A DNA stretch of 64,000 nucleotides, taken from contig JASTWF010000035.1 of the NCBI GenBank assembly GCA_030390025.1, forward strand, positions 124,001-188,000, read 5' to 3'. Both the position numbers and the translations under genes were made by a program. This DNA comes from Squalus acanthias. Its lineage: Eukaryota. Every line of letters starts with the position of its first letter. Within the stretch, counting starts at the first letter, position 1. Shown here one piece after another: positions 1 to 11,760 of this stretch. The notes under the pieces are model-generated. The model was not told the origin of the DNA. It made no database searches and saw nothing but the letters and a program-made list of their open reading frames with translations.

Positions 1-42
1 TTTGGAGCTTCATTGCCGTGAGCCTTTTTCCTGTGTGCCCAG

Positions 43-282
43 GGATCGGGAGGTACATCGCTCAGGACTTTGCCCAGAGAAATGCTCGTGTGATCCTGGC
101 CTGCCGTAGTTTGCAGCGAGGACAGAGAGCGGAGCGAGAGATACGGCGCAGGACGGGGAACAGTAACGTTCACCTGCGCATTCTGGACACCAGCTCCATG
201 GAATCGGTGAGGAACTTCACGGAGCGGATTAAGAAGGAGGAGAAACGGCTGGATATCCTTGTAAATAACGCAGCCACTGCAG
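43..282 (+). CDS. Retinol dehydrogenase-like SDR (RDH11/12/13/14-type), copy A, coding exon 2
   Basis: cccag|GGATCGGG acceptor and GCAG|gtaatg donor; encodes GIGRYIAQDFAQRNARVILACR...LDILVNNAA (SDR Rossmann fold and NNAG-like motif). Confidence 0.92.
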
Positions 283-622
283 GTAATGTGCAACAGTGTA
301 GAATAGGGTTTTAATAGGATTGCTTATAAAAATACTTTATTGAAATAGAAGTAAATAAGGAACATTTTCAATGCAAAATAGATGAATGTAAAGAACATCA
401 TAACCTGTATTCCTATAGGTCGCCTCAGCTGTAGGGAGATCATTATGTTAAGGAGAATAATTAGTTAATATCGTGTGACACGGCCACATCAAATCAACAT
501 TTAAACATTTTTAACATTTTATTCTCAGTACCAGTACAGGTTGGAAAACATTCTACTGATAATCTCTGCAATAATTTCTGGAATGCACTGCCTGACAGGG
601 CGGTGGAAGCAGATTCAATAGT

Positions 623-2850
623 TGTAATCTATGTGGGTCCAACAAATGACGGGCAGAGACACGATGAGTGGCAGTCAAGGTGCTTGTTTACTCGGCCAGA
701 GCGGACTGAGCATGCTCACACTAAACCACGTGACAAATCATGTGACAATACATCACACTGCTTTCCCCTTAAAATAAAATGTACATATTCCCCTCTCAAC
801 ACAACAAAACTACGGTCCCACCTTTCCCAGCATTACACGTACCACAAAACTAAAACTCCTAGCTTTTTTTCTTTTAACTCAACTACAAATCCAGTTTAAT
901 ACCAGGTTTGCGGAGCCTTCCTGATCTCCTTACAGGAGGTTTTGGTGTTGAACCAATTTTCGGGCTGTTTTGTTCTGGTTCCGAACTCAAAGATGCTCCT
1001 GTTTCTATCTCAGATTTGTTTGAACCTGGTACTTCAGTTTCTGAAGTCTGAACTGAGTCAAACTCATGTATTTGTTCATGATCAAGTGGTTCAAGATCAC
1101 AGAGTTAACGTTTCAGGTCTGTGACCCTTCGTCAGAACTGGAAAAAGTTAGGGATGTAACAGGTTTTAAGCAGGTGCAGAGGCAGGAAAAGGGGGGAGAG
1201 GGGAGGAAGGAACTAAAGGGATGGTCTGTGCTAGGGTGGAAGGCAGGAGAGATTAAATGTTGCAAATGGGAATGGCAGAATCATCAACAGCTGCCGCCTG
1301 AAAAAATGGGGGCAGGGGTTATAGTCTGAAATTGTTGAACTCTATGTTGAGTCCAGAAGACTGTAAAGGGCCTAGTCGAAAGATGAGGTGCTGTTCCTCG
1401 AACTTACGTTGAGCTTCATTGGAACAGTGTAAGAGGACGGTGAGGTCAGAGTGGGAGTGAAGCGGAGAATTAAAATGACAAGTGACCGGAAGCTCAGGGT
1501 CACCCTTACGGACTGAACGGAGGTGTTCCGCAAAGCGGTCACCCAATCTGCGTTTGGTCTCCCCAGTGTAGAGGAGACCGCATCGTGAGCAGCGAATACA
1601 GTATACTAAATTGCAAGAAGTTCAAGTAAATCGCTGTTTCACCTGGAAGGGGTGTTTGGGGCCCTGGACAGTGGGAAGGGAGGAGGTAAAAGAGCAGGTG
1701 TTGCATCTCCTGCGCTTGCACGGGAAGGTGCCGTGGGGAGGGGAGGGGCTGTTGGGGGGGACCCCGAGCTTTCGGTTGCTTGTCACTTTAATTCTCCGCT
1801 CCACTCCCACTCAGACCTCACCATCCTCGGCCTCTTACACTGTTCCAATGAAGCTCAACGTAAGCTCGAGGAACAGCACCTCATTTTTCGACTAGGCACT
1901 TTACAGCCTTCTGGACTCAACATTGAGTGCAACAATTTCAGACTATAACCCCTGCCCCCATTTTTTTCAGGCGGCAGCTGTTGATGATTTTGCCATCCCC
2001 ATTTGCAACTTTTAATCTCTCCTGCCTTCCACCCCAGCACAGACCATCCCTTTAGTTCCTTCCTCCCCTCCCCGCCTTTCCCTGCCCCTACAGCTTCTTA
2101 AAACCTGTTACATCCCTAACTTTTTCCCAGTTCTGACGAAGGGTCACAGACCTGAAACGTTAACTCTGTTCCTCTCTCCACGGATGCTGCCTGACCGGCT
2201 GAGTGTTTCCAGCATTTTCTGTTGTTATTTCGGATTTCCAGCATCCGCAGTATTTTGCTCTTGGTTCAAAATCATGTCTTGGTTCATCTCTAGCAGAGAT
2301 CATTTGATCTACATGAACACTTCGGATGTTGTCACCAATTTCAACCAAGTATCTCTTGGTTCCACCAACCTCTCCTCCGGTTCCTATATCCCACTTGTGT
2401 GAACTTGACTTTCCGGGGGACTGAGAACACGAACACACTCGTTTTGTCTGAAATTGCCGTCATAATAACGTTCCTGACTCAACTGTTTCTGTTCAACTCT
2501 TGAGGCCAAATTTGGTTGAACAAGACTCAATCATAGAAACATAGAACAATAGGAGCAGGAGTCGGCCGTTCGGCCCTTCGCGCCTGCTCCGCCATTCAAT
2601 ATGATCATGGCTGATCCTCTATCTCAATACCATATTCCCGCTCTCTCTCCTTGATGCCTTTTGTGTCTAGAAATCTATCTATCTCCTTCTTGGGAGGTGT
2701 TCTCAACCTCCTCTTCATCAAGAGTTCTGCTGGGGTATGTCCATTTGGAGTGTGCGGAGTAGTTCTGTACTTCAGCAAGAAATTTGCGAAACGTTGCTTC
2801 ATGCTGAGTCCCGAAGAACCCTGCCACACTTGCTTTTTGAGAGCTTCTTT
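623..2850 (-). mobile_element. Degenerate Gypsy LTR-retrotransposon 3' remnant (short LTR, PPT, integrase fragments), interrupted by later insertions
   Basis: Integrase C-terminal pieces FLLKYRTTPH...TPAELLMKRRLRT (~2700-2800) and RYLVEIGDNIRSVHVDQM (~2300-2400); purine tract on - strand next to ...CATCACA at ~758. Confidence 0.6.
1100..2261. mobile_element. Penelope-like element fragment (GIY-YIG endonuclease 3' end) arranged as an inverted pair
   Basis: GDRFAEHLRS...PVACHFNS..HS...EQHLIFRLGTLQPSGLN on both strands; flanked by TGGTTCAAGATCA / TGGTTCAAAATCA (13-bp duplication, 1 mismatch). Confidence 0.8.
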
Positions 2851-2855
2851 TACTA

Positions 2856-4240
2856 TTCACCTCAACCGAGCCGGGACCAATATTCTCGCGGGGAGGTTTG
2901 TTAGTGCTGTTGGGGAGGGTTTAAACTAACTTGGCAGGGGGATGGGCACCAGCATATAGGAGTAGAAAAGAGGAAGAAGGTGCGTAAAAGAGTGAGTGTG
3001 TTGGATAGTACTAGAGGCGGTAGTAGTACCATATTAGATAGGAGCAGACTAAGAAAGACTATGAAAAATTGAAAAATGGGTTTCGAGTGCATGTACATAA
3101 ACACACAAAGTGTGGTGAATAAGGTTGGTGAGCTACAAGCACAATTAGCCGTGTGGCAATATGATGTTGTGGCAATAATGGAAACGTGGCTTAAAAACGG
3201 TGAAGACTGGGTACTTAATATTCAAGGGTACAAGGTGTTCAGAAAAGATAGGGAAGCAAAAAAGGGAGGTGGGGGGGGCCAGTGCTGATTAAGGAAGACA
3301 TTGTAGTGTTGGAAAGGGAGGATGTTCTTGAGGGGACAAGGACCGAATCCATTTGGTTAGAGTTGAGGAGCAAAAAGGGTATGATCACGCTATTGGGGGT
3401 ATTCTACAGGCCTCCAAATAATGAGAGGGAGGTAGAGGAGCAAATCTGCAGGGAAATCGCAGAGATATGCAAGAGCTATAGAGTGGTGATATTGGGGGAC
3501 TTTAATTACCCAAATATCGATTGGGATAATGCTAGAGTAAAGGGAAAGTAGGGGGAGGAATTTCTGAAATATGTTCAGGAGAATTTCCTTGACCAATATG
3601 TTCCAGGCCCAACTAGGAAGGAGGCATTGCTGGATCTGGTGCTGGGGAATGAGGTGGGCCAGGTCGACCAACTGTCTGTGGGAGAACACTTGGGTACGAG
3701 TGATCATCGTATCATAAGATTTAGATTAGCAATGGAGAGGAGCAAGGAACAATCTAGAGTGGAACTTCTAAATTGGAATAGGACTAACTTCAATGGGATG
3801 TGAAAGGATCTAGCCAGGGTAAAATGGAACCAAAGACTGACAGGAAAAATGTAATGGAACAATGGGTGATCTTTAAGGGGGAGATGTTCCAAGTACAGGC
3901 TAGGTACATTCCAACAAGAGGGAAGAGTAAGGGAACCAAAGCAAGGGTTCCTTGGATGATGAGGGAGATAGAGAAGATGATGAAACAAAAAAAGAGGGTG
4001 TATGATGAATGTCAGGTGAATTCTTCAAGGGAGAACCAGACCAAATACAATAAATTGAGAGGGGATGTGAAGATGAAAATAAGATTGGCAAAGAGAGAAT
4101 ATGAGAGTAGAATGGCAGTTATCATAAAAGGGAACCCAAAAATCTTCTACCAGCATATAAACAGTAAGCGGGCAGTAAGAGGCGGGGTGGGGCCTATTAG
4201 AGACAAAGAAGGTGATATATGCTGAGAGGCGCAGGGCAAG
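2856..4240 (+). mobile_element. CR1 LINE fragment (ORF1 esterase end plus ORF2 APE endonuclease), degenerate
   Basis: HLNRAGTNILAGRF; CMYINTQSVVNK...YDVVAIMETWL; GVFYRPP; GDFNYPNIDW; contains frameshifts and stops. Confidence 0.85.
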
Positions 4241-4244
4241 GCTT

Positions 4245-6915
4245 TTTTTAAATTCGTTTATGGGATGTGGGCGTCGCTGGCAAGGCCAGAATTTATTGCC
4301 CATCCCTAATTGCCCTTGAGAAGCTGGTGGTGAACTGCCTTCTTGAACTGCTGCAGTCCGTGTGGTGATGGTACTCCCACAGTGCTGTTAGGGAGGGAGT
4401 TCCAGGAATTTGACCCAGCGACGATGAAGGATCGGCCGATATACTTCTAAGTCAGGATGGTGTGTGACTTGGAGGGGAACATGGAGGTGGTGGTGTTCCC
4501 ATGCTCCTGCTGCCCTTGTCCTTCTAGGTGGAAGAGGTCGCGGGTCTGGGAGGTGCTGTCGAAGTAGCCTTGGCGAGTTGCTGCAGTGCATCTTGTAGAT
4601 GGTGCACACTGCAGCCACGGTGCGCCAGTGGTGGAGGGAGTGAATGTTTAAGGTGGTGGATGGGGTGCCAATCAAGCGGGCTGCTTTGTCCTGGATGGTG
4701 TCGAGCTTCTTGAGTGTTGTTGGAGCTGCACTCATCCAGGCAAGTGGAGAGTATTCCATCACACTACTTACTTGTGCCTTGTAGATGGTGGAAAGGCTTT
4801 GGGCAGTCAGGAGGTGAGACACTCGCCGCAGAATACCGAGCCTCTGACCTGCTCTTGTGGCCACAGTATTTATGTGGCTGGTCCAGTTAAGTTTCTGGTC
4901 CTTGGTGACCACCCAGGATGTTGATGGTGGGGGATTTGGCGATGGTAATGCTGTTGAATTTGAAGAGGCGGTGGTTAGACTCTCTCTTGTTGGAGATGGT
5001 CATTGCCTGGCACTTGTGTGGCGCGAATGTAACCTGCCACTTATTAGCCCAAGCCTGAACGTCGCCCAGGTCTTGCTGCATGCGGGCATGGACTGCTTCA
5101 TTATCTGAGGTGTTGTGAATGGCACTGAACACTGTGCAATCATCAGCGAATATCCCCATTTCTGACCTTATGTTGGAGGGAAGGTCATTGATGAAGCAGC
5201 TGAAGATGGTTGGGCCTAGGACACTGCCCTGAGGAACTCCTGCAGCGATGTCCTGGGGCTGTGATGATTGAGCTCCAACCACCACAACTATCTTCCTTTG
5301 TGCTAGGTATAGAAACATAGAAACATAGAAAATAGGTACAGGAGTAGACCATTCGGTCCTTCGAGCCTGCACCGCCATTCAATGCGTTCATGGCTGAACA
5401 TGCTACCTCAGTACCCCATTCCTGCTTTCTCGCCATACCCCTTGATCCCCCTAGTTGTGAGTGTTATATCTAACTCCCTTTTGAATATATTTAGCGAACT
5501 GGCCTCAACAACCTTCTGTGGAAGAGAATTCCATAGATTCACCACTCTCTGGGTGAAGAAGTTCCTCCTCAGCTCAGTCCTAAATGGCTTCCCCTTAATC
5601 CTTAGACTGTGACCCCTGGTTCTAGTTTTCCCTACCATTGGGAACATTCTGCCCGCATCTAATTTGTCTAAACCAGTCAGGATTTTAAATGTCTCTATAA
5701 GATCCCCCCTCATTCTTCTGAACTCCAGAGGATACAAGTTCAGTTGACCCAATCTTTCTTGATATGTCAGTCCGGCCATCCCAGGAATCAATCTAGTGAA
5801 CCTTCGCTGCACTCCCTCAATAGCAAGAATGTCCTTCCTTAAGTTAGGAGACCAAAACTGCGCACAATACTCCAGGTGTGGCCTCACCAAGGCCCTGTAC
5901 AACTGCAGCATCACCTCCCTACTCCTGTACTCAAATCCCCTTACTATGAAGGCCATCATTCCGTTTGCTTTCTTGACTGCCTGCTGCACTTGCATTCCCA
6001 CCTTCAATGACTGATGTACCATGATGCCCAGGTCTCGTTGCACCTCCCCTTTCCCTAATCTGCCACCATTCAGGTAATAGTCCGCCTCTCTATTTTTACC
6101 ACCAAAGTGGATAACCTCACATTTATCCACATTGTACTTCATCTGCCATACATTTGCCCATTCACCCAACCTGTCCAAGTCACTCTGTAGCCTCCTAGCA
6201 TCCTCCTCATTGTTCACACTGCCTCCCAATTTAGTGTCATCCGCAAATTTGGAGATATTACATTTAATCCCTTCGTCCAAATCATTAATATACAATGTAA
6301 ACAGCTGGGGTCCCAGCACCGAACCCTGCGGTACCCCGCTGGTCACTGCCTGCCATTCTGAAAAGTACCCATTTACTCCTACTCTTTGTTTCCTGTGTGC
6401 CAACCAGTTCTCAATCCACGTCAACACATTACCCCCAATCCCATGTGCTTTAACTTTGCTCACCAATCTCTTGTGTGGAACCTTGTCGAAGGCCTTCTGA
6501 AAGTCCAAATACACCACATCTACTGGTTCCCCCCTGTCCACCCTATTGGAAACATCCTCAAAAAATTCCAGAAGATTTGTCAAGCATGATTTCCCTTTCA
6601 CAAATCCATGCTGACTTGGACCTATCATGTCGCCACTTTCCAAATGGTCTGTTATGACATCTTTAATAATTGCTTCCATCATTTTACCCACGACCGATGT
6701 CAGGCTGACCGGTCTATAATTCCCTGCTTTCTCCCTCCCTCCTTTTTTAAAAAGAGGGGTTACAAAAAAAACCAGCCAGTGAAGAGTTTTCCTCCCGATT
6801 CCCATTGACTTCAGTTTTACGAGGGCTCCTTGATGCCACACTCGGTCAAATGCTGCCTTGATATCAAGGGCAGTCACTCTCACCTCACCTCTGGAATACA
6901 GCTCCTTTGTCCATC
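4245..6915 (-). mobile_element. Second CR1/L2-group LINE family, RT 3' half (4245-5308 and 6771-6915), split by a CR1 insertion
   Basis: ALDIKAAFDRVWH, GVPQGSVLGP, FADD, YKAQV.SVMEY motifs; 3' tail shared with copies at 9420-10030 and 52570-53215. Confidence 0.8.
5309..6765 (-). mobile_element. 5'-truncated CR1 LINE (RT domain)
   Basis: NYRPVSLTS, QHGF, DFQKAFD, GVPQGSVLGP, KFADD, RNFFTQRVV; (TTTCTATG)n tail at 5309. Confidence 0.92.
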
Positions 6916-7400
6916 GTAGCCTGGAAGATTTTGGGGGAGGACTTTACACCATACGGCAGCTTGGTGTATGAGTACAGTCCCTTGTGTGTGTTGATGGTGA
7001 GATACTGTTGACTCTATTTGTCAACATTCAGCTGAGCTTAAGCGTGCGACAGGTCAAGCTTGGAGAAAACCTTTGACCCAGAGAGTGCTGCATACAAATC
7101 TTGCGATGTAGGTAACGGGTACTGCTCATCGTCAACCGCTTGGTTGATGGTAAGTTTGTAGTCACCGCACAAGCGTACAGTCTTGTCTGCTTTAGGCACT
7201 ACAGCAATCAAGGTAGCCCATTCACTTTTTTCAGTTTTTACCAGCACTCTGTTCTCTCTCAGCTTCGCTAGCTCTTCCTCCATCTGCCTTATCAATGCAT
7301 AGGGGACCGACCTTTCCTTACAATAGACAGGCTTCGCGTTGGACATGATGCGGATATGCGTGTCATACCCAGTTATGCCCTCATAACTGTCTGAGAACAT
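6916..7400 (-). mobile_element. Gypsy RT fragment (pseudogenised)
   Basis: VPYAL...WAT.IAVVPK..KTVRLCGDYK.TIN...YPLP...FSKLDLSHA, then past a stop YLTINTHKGLYSYTKLPYGV. Confidence 0.85.
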
Positions 7401-8278
7401 GCTTTTATACTTTCCCCTCCCCACCTTCAGCATTCCGAAGGGACTGCTCCCTCCGCGACACCCTGGTCCACTCCTCTATCACCCCCAACACCCCTTTCCC
7501 TCCCCACGGCACCTTCCCGTGCAAGCGCAGGAGATGCAACACCTGCTCTTTTACCTCCTCCCTTCCCACTGTCCAGGGCCCCAAACACTCCTTCCAGGTG
7601 AAACAGCGATTTACTTGTACTTCTTGCAATCTAGTATACTGTATTCGCTGCTCACGATGTGGTCTCCTCTACATTGGGGAGACCAAACGCAGATTGGGTG
7701 ACTGCTTTGCGGAACACCTCCATTCAGTGTGTAAGTGTGACCCCGAGCTTCCGGTCGCCTGTCACTTTAATTCTCCGCTCCACTCCCACTCAGACCTCAC
7801 CGTCCTCGGCCTCTTACACTGTTCCACTGAAGCTCAATGTAAGCTCGAGGAACAGCACCTCATCTTTCGATTAGGCACTTTACAGCCTTCCGGACTCAAC
7901 ATCGAGTTCAACAATTTCAGACCATAACCTCGGCCCATGTTTTCTTTTTTGTCTCATATGGTAGCTGTTGATGATTCTGCCATTCCCATTTACACTTCAT
8001 CTAGAGCCATCTTTTGTTTCTTAACTTGTCCAATCACCATCTCCTTTTGTCTTGCACCATCATCCCTTTTGTCAGTAAATCTCTCCTGCCTCCCAGCCTA
8101 TCACAGACCTTCCCTTTATTCTCTCCTCCCCTCCATGCTGCCCCTGCTTAAAAATCTCTCCTCCCCAACCTTTTCCAGTTCTGACGAAGGGTTCGACCTG
8201 AAACGTTGACTCTGTTTCTCTCTCCTCGTTGCTGCCTGACCTGTTGAGTGTTTCCAGCACTTTCTGTTGTTATTTCAA
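7400..8278 (+). mobile_element. Penelope-like element 3' fragment with GIY-YIG endonuclease
   Basis: NLVYCIRCSRCGLLYIGETKRRLGDCFAEH GIY-YIG motif; same 3' terminus as the 1100-2261 element. Confidence 0.85.
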
Positions 8279-8722
8279 TATATTGCTCGTTGATCAAAAA
8301 TGTTATATGAAAGTCTTTCTCACGACTGCAAGCGTTGCCGCTAGCGGCATAGATACTGTAGATGCCTAGTTCTTCAACATCAGGTGTGTTCACTTCAATA
8401 TTGTGAATTCCTCCCTTTTGTTGTCACTTACATTGCAAAGTTGGCAAGCCAGCTGCACGGGATCCTCGGAGCGCTGTGCGCAGCTGACAGGGAACATTGG
8501 TTTAGAGGTGACTGATGCACTGGACATGACAAAGTCTATGGGCCCTGATAACATCTCGGCTGTAGTGTTGAAGACCTGTGCACCAGAGCTAGCCACTCCT
8601 CCAGCCAAGCTGTTCCAGTACAGCCCTGACACTGGCATCTAACTGACAATGTGTAAGATTGCCCAGGTACCACCTATCCACAAAAAACAGGATAAATCTA
8701 ACATATTGTAAGTCATCTCCCA

Positions 8723-8940
8723 CCCTGTTCCCAGTCTGATCCTGGACTCTCAGTCCCACTCCGCCCTGTTCCCAGTCTGATCCTGGACTCTCAGTCCCAC
8801 TCCCGCCCTGTTCCCAGTCTGATCCTGGACTCTCAGTCCCACTCCCGCCCTGTTCCCAGTCTGATCCTGGACTCTCAGTCCCACTCCCGCCCTGTTCCCA
8901 GTCTGATCCTGGACTCTCAGTCCCACTCCCGCCCTGTTCT
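8723..8940. repeat. ~42-bp minisatellite, ~5 copies
   Basis: CCCTGTTCCCAGTCTGATCCTGGACTCTCAGTCCCACTCCCG in tandem. Confidence 0.95.
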
Positions 8941-9064
8941 CGCCCTGTACCCAGCCTGGTGAAAATGGCCCCAGTGTGTTTACAGCAGGACTGAATCGAA
9001 GGGACTTTGTGCTGGGTAATTGCTCTGGATCTGGATTAACACAGCCGAGTGTCTTCTCTCTCAG

Positions 9065-9154
9065 TTCACAAGCGAATAATCACCTCTGAGGGTTTGGAAC
9101 TGACCTGTGCCACCAACCACCTGGGCCCATTCCTCCTGACAAGCCTGCTGCTGG
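9065..9154 (+). CDS. RDH-like SDR copy A, coding exon 3
   Basis: tctctctcag| acceptor and G|gtgagt donor; phase-1 frame reads HKRIITSEGLELTCATNHLGPFLLTSLLL (NHLGxF motif); not in the ORF track. Confidence 0.9.
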
Positions 9155-9169
9155 GTGAGTGATTCTCTC

Positions 9170-10460
9170 CGCATTGATGATAATATAGGTCAATGAGGCC
9201 ATAAAAAGCAAACCAAGCATTGGGTTCATTTCTAGAGGGATAGAAATGGAAAGCAGAGAAGTTATGCTAAACTTGTATGGAACCTTGGTTAGGTCACACT
9301 TGGAGCACTGTGCACAGTTCTGGTCGCCGTATTATAAAGGATATAGAGGCACTGGAGAAGGTGCAAAAATGATTGACAAGAATTAGACCAGAACTGAGAG
9401 ATTATATCTATCAGGATGCTTTGGCAACAAGAGTAGGTCAGAGGCGAGGTATTCTGCGGCGAGTGTTTCACCTCCTGACTCCCCAAAGCCTTTCCACCAT
9501 CTACAAGGCACAAGTAAAGAGTGTGATGGAATACTCTCCACTTGCCTGGATGAGTGCAGCTCCAACAACACTCAAGAAGCTCGACACCATCCAGGACAAA
9601 GCAGCCCGCTTGATTGGCACCCCATCTACCACCTTAAACATTCACTCCCTCCACCACCAGCATACCGTGGCTGCAGTGTGTTCCATCTACAAGATGCACT
9701 GCAGCAACTCGCCAAGGCTTCTTCGGTAGCACCTCCCAAACCCACAACCTCTTCCACCTAGAAGGACAAGGGCAGCAGGCGCATGGGAACACCACCACCT
9801 CCACGTTCCCCTCCAAGTCACACACCATCCTGACTTGGAAGTATATCGGCCGTTCCTTCATCGTCGCTGGGTCAAAATCCTGGAACTCCCTCCCTAACAG
9901 CACTGTGGGAGTACATTCACCACACAGACTGCAGCGGTTCAAGAAGGCAGCTCACCACCACCTTCTCAAGGGCAATTAGGGATGGGCAATAAATGCCGGC
10001 CTTGTCAGCGATGCCCACATCCCATAAACAAATTTTTAAAAAAGGAAAGCTTGAACAGGCTGGAGCTCTTTTCTCTAGAAAAGAGAAGGCTGAGGGGTGA
10101 CCTGATAGAGGTCCTTAAGATTATGAAAGGGTTCGATAGGGTAGACGAGACCAGAACTAGGGGCCATCAATATAAGATAGTCACTAATAAATCCAATAGG
10201 GAATTCAGGAGAAACTTCTTTACCCAGAGAGTGGTGAGAATGTGGAACTCGCTACCACAGGGAGTGGTTCAGGTGAATAGTTAAGAGGCATTCAAGGGGA
10301 GGCCAGATGAACAAACACCTGAGGGAGAAAGGAATAGAAGGTTATGTTGATGGGGTGAGATGAGGAGGGGTGGGAGGAGGCTCGTGTGGAGCATAACCAC
10401 CAGCACAGACCAGTTGGGCCGAATGGCCTGTTTCTGTGCTGTACATTCTATGTAATTCTA
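9170..10460 (+). mobile_element. CR1 3' fragment interrupted by a second-family LINE 3' end (9420-10035)
   Basis: LELFSLEKRRLRGDLIEV...RNFFTQRVV; insert encodes YKAQVKSVMEYSPLAWMSA. Confidence 0.8.
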
Positions 10461-10495
10461 TGTCGTTTTGTCACAATCTCGTTTCCAATTTTTAG

Positions 10496-10687
10496 ATTTG
10501 GTGAAGTGCTCGCAGAATGCACGGATTGTGAATGTCTCTTCGATGATTCACAGATGGGGGGAGGTAGACTTCAGGCAGATGAGAGGCGACAACCTGCCAA
10601 ACTCCCTGGGAAAGTTGATGTACAACAACACCAAACTAATGAACGTCCTGTTCACACTGGAGCTGTCCAATCAACTCCGTCACACAG
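10496..10687 (+). CDS. RDH-like SDR copy A, coding exon 4 (catalytic S and YxxxK)
   Basis: tttag| acceptor and CAG|gtagg donor; RIVNVSS...YNNTKLMNVLFTLEL. Confidence 0.93.
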
Positions 10688-10769
10688 GTAGGAACAGCCG
10701 GGGCTGGAGGGGGGGATGGGGTCTGTCGCTAAGAGTCAGTGTTCACCCGGACATTCAATACTGTGCGTT

Positions 10770-11160
10770 TATGAGGGCCGCAATCATTAGTAATCCAGAG
10801 GCCTGGACTAATAATCCAGAGAACGTGAGTTCAATTCCTACCATGGCGGTTTGAGAATTCGAATTCAGTCAATTAAAATCTGGAAATAAAAAGCTGGGAT
10901 CAGTAAACGTGACCATGAAGCTGTGGGATTGTTGTTAAAAACCCAACTGGTTTCACTGATGTCCGTTAGGGAAGGAAACCTGCCGTCCTTACCCGGTCTG
11001 GGCCTATATGTGACTCCAGACCCACACCAACGTGGTTGACTCTTAACTGCCCTCAGTTGTATTAAGAAGGCGGCTCACCACCACCTTCTCAGGGCAGCTA
11101 GGGATGGGCAATAAATGCTGGCCTTGCCAGCGACGCCCACATCCCATAAACAAATGAAAA
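10770..11160 (+). mobile_element. tRNA-derived SINE with LINE-derived 3' tail
   Basis: B-box-like GAGTTCAATTCC; tail CACCACCTTCTC.AGGGCA..TAGGGATGGGCAATAAATG...CCCACATCCC shared with the LINE end at ~9950-10025. Confidence 0.65.
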
Positions 11161-11599
11161 AGGTGCCTGACGGGATGAGCTGGGACGCTGAGATGGAAAA
11201 GATTTAAGGAGGTTGCTGAAGGTGGGGAGAGATATTGCAGGATGGAGGTTTAGACAGAGCTTCTCAACGACTGCTGCAATGTTGGGATGCAGGAGTGGAC
11301 CTGTAGCCAGGCTCAGTCCCAGTTAAAACCCACAAAGACTGAGTGAACCATTCGCTTCCGTTGGAAGGTGAGTCAGAGCTGCAACTCGCCATCACATCAC
11401 TGACCTGGGGAGATCTTTCCTCCTCTCACTGTCGGGCATGACCTGTCCTTTATTTGAGGTGCGCTCTGTTGCTGTGCTCCCGCACCCTCCACAGGACACG
11501 TTGCCAATGATATTCCCATCCAGGGCCAGGTGGAGAATCCAGCCCCAGACAGATGTTGAGGTGGAACCCGGTGTGCCGGTTTGGTGAGTGGGGGCGTAT

Positions 11600-11760
11600 C
11601 TGGGAGTGGGAGGAGGATGGTGCGGGCGGCACTGTCAAAGCCTTTGGAGAGATGAAGGAGAATGAGGAGGGATAGTGCATCATGGTCACCGTCGCAGAGA
11701 ATGGCGTTCGTGGCTTGGGTTTGAGCTGTTGTGGTGCCGTGCAAGGGGTGGAGAAACCTG
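11600..11760 (-). mobile_element. Old L2-like LINE RT fragment
   Basis: NAILCDGDHDALSLLILLHLSKGFD resembles the L2 motif LLLLDLSAAFD. Confidence 0.4.

Noticed and set aside
5408..6883. 491-aa single RT ORF
   Set aside because: Chance in-frame chimera of two nested LINEs (junction ~6765-6771)
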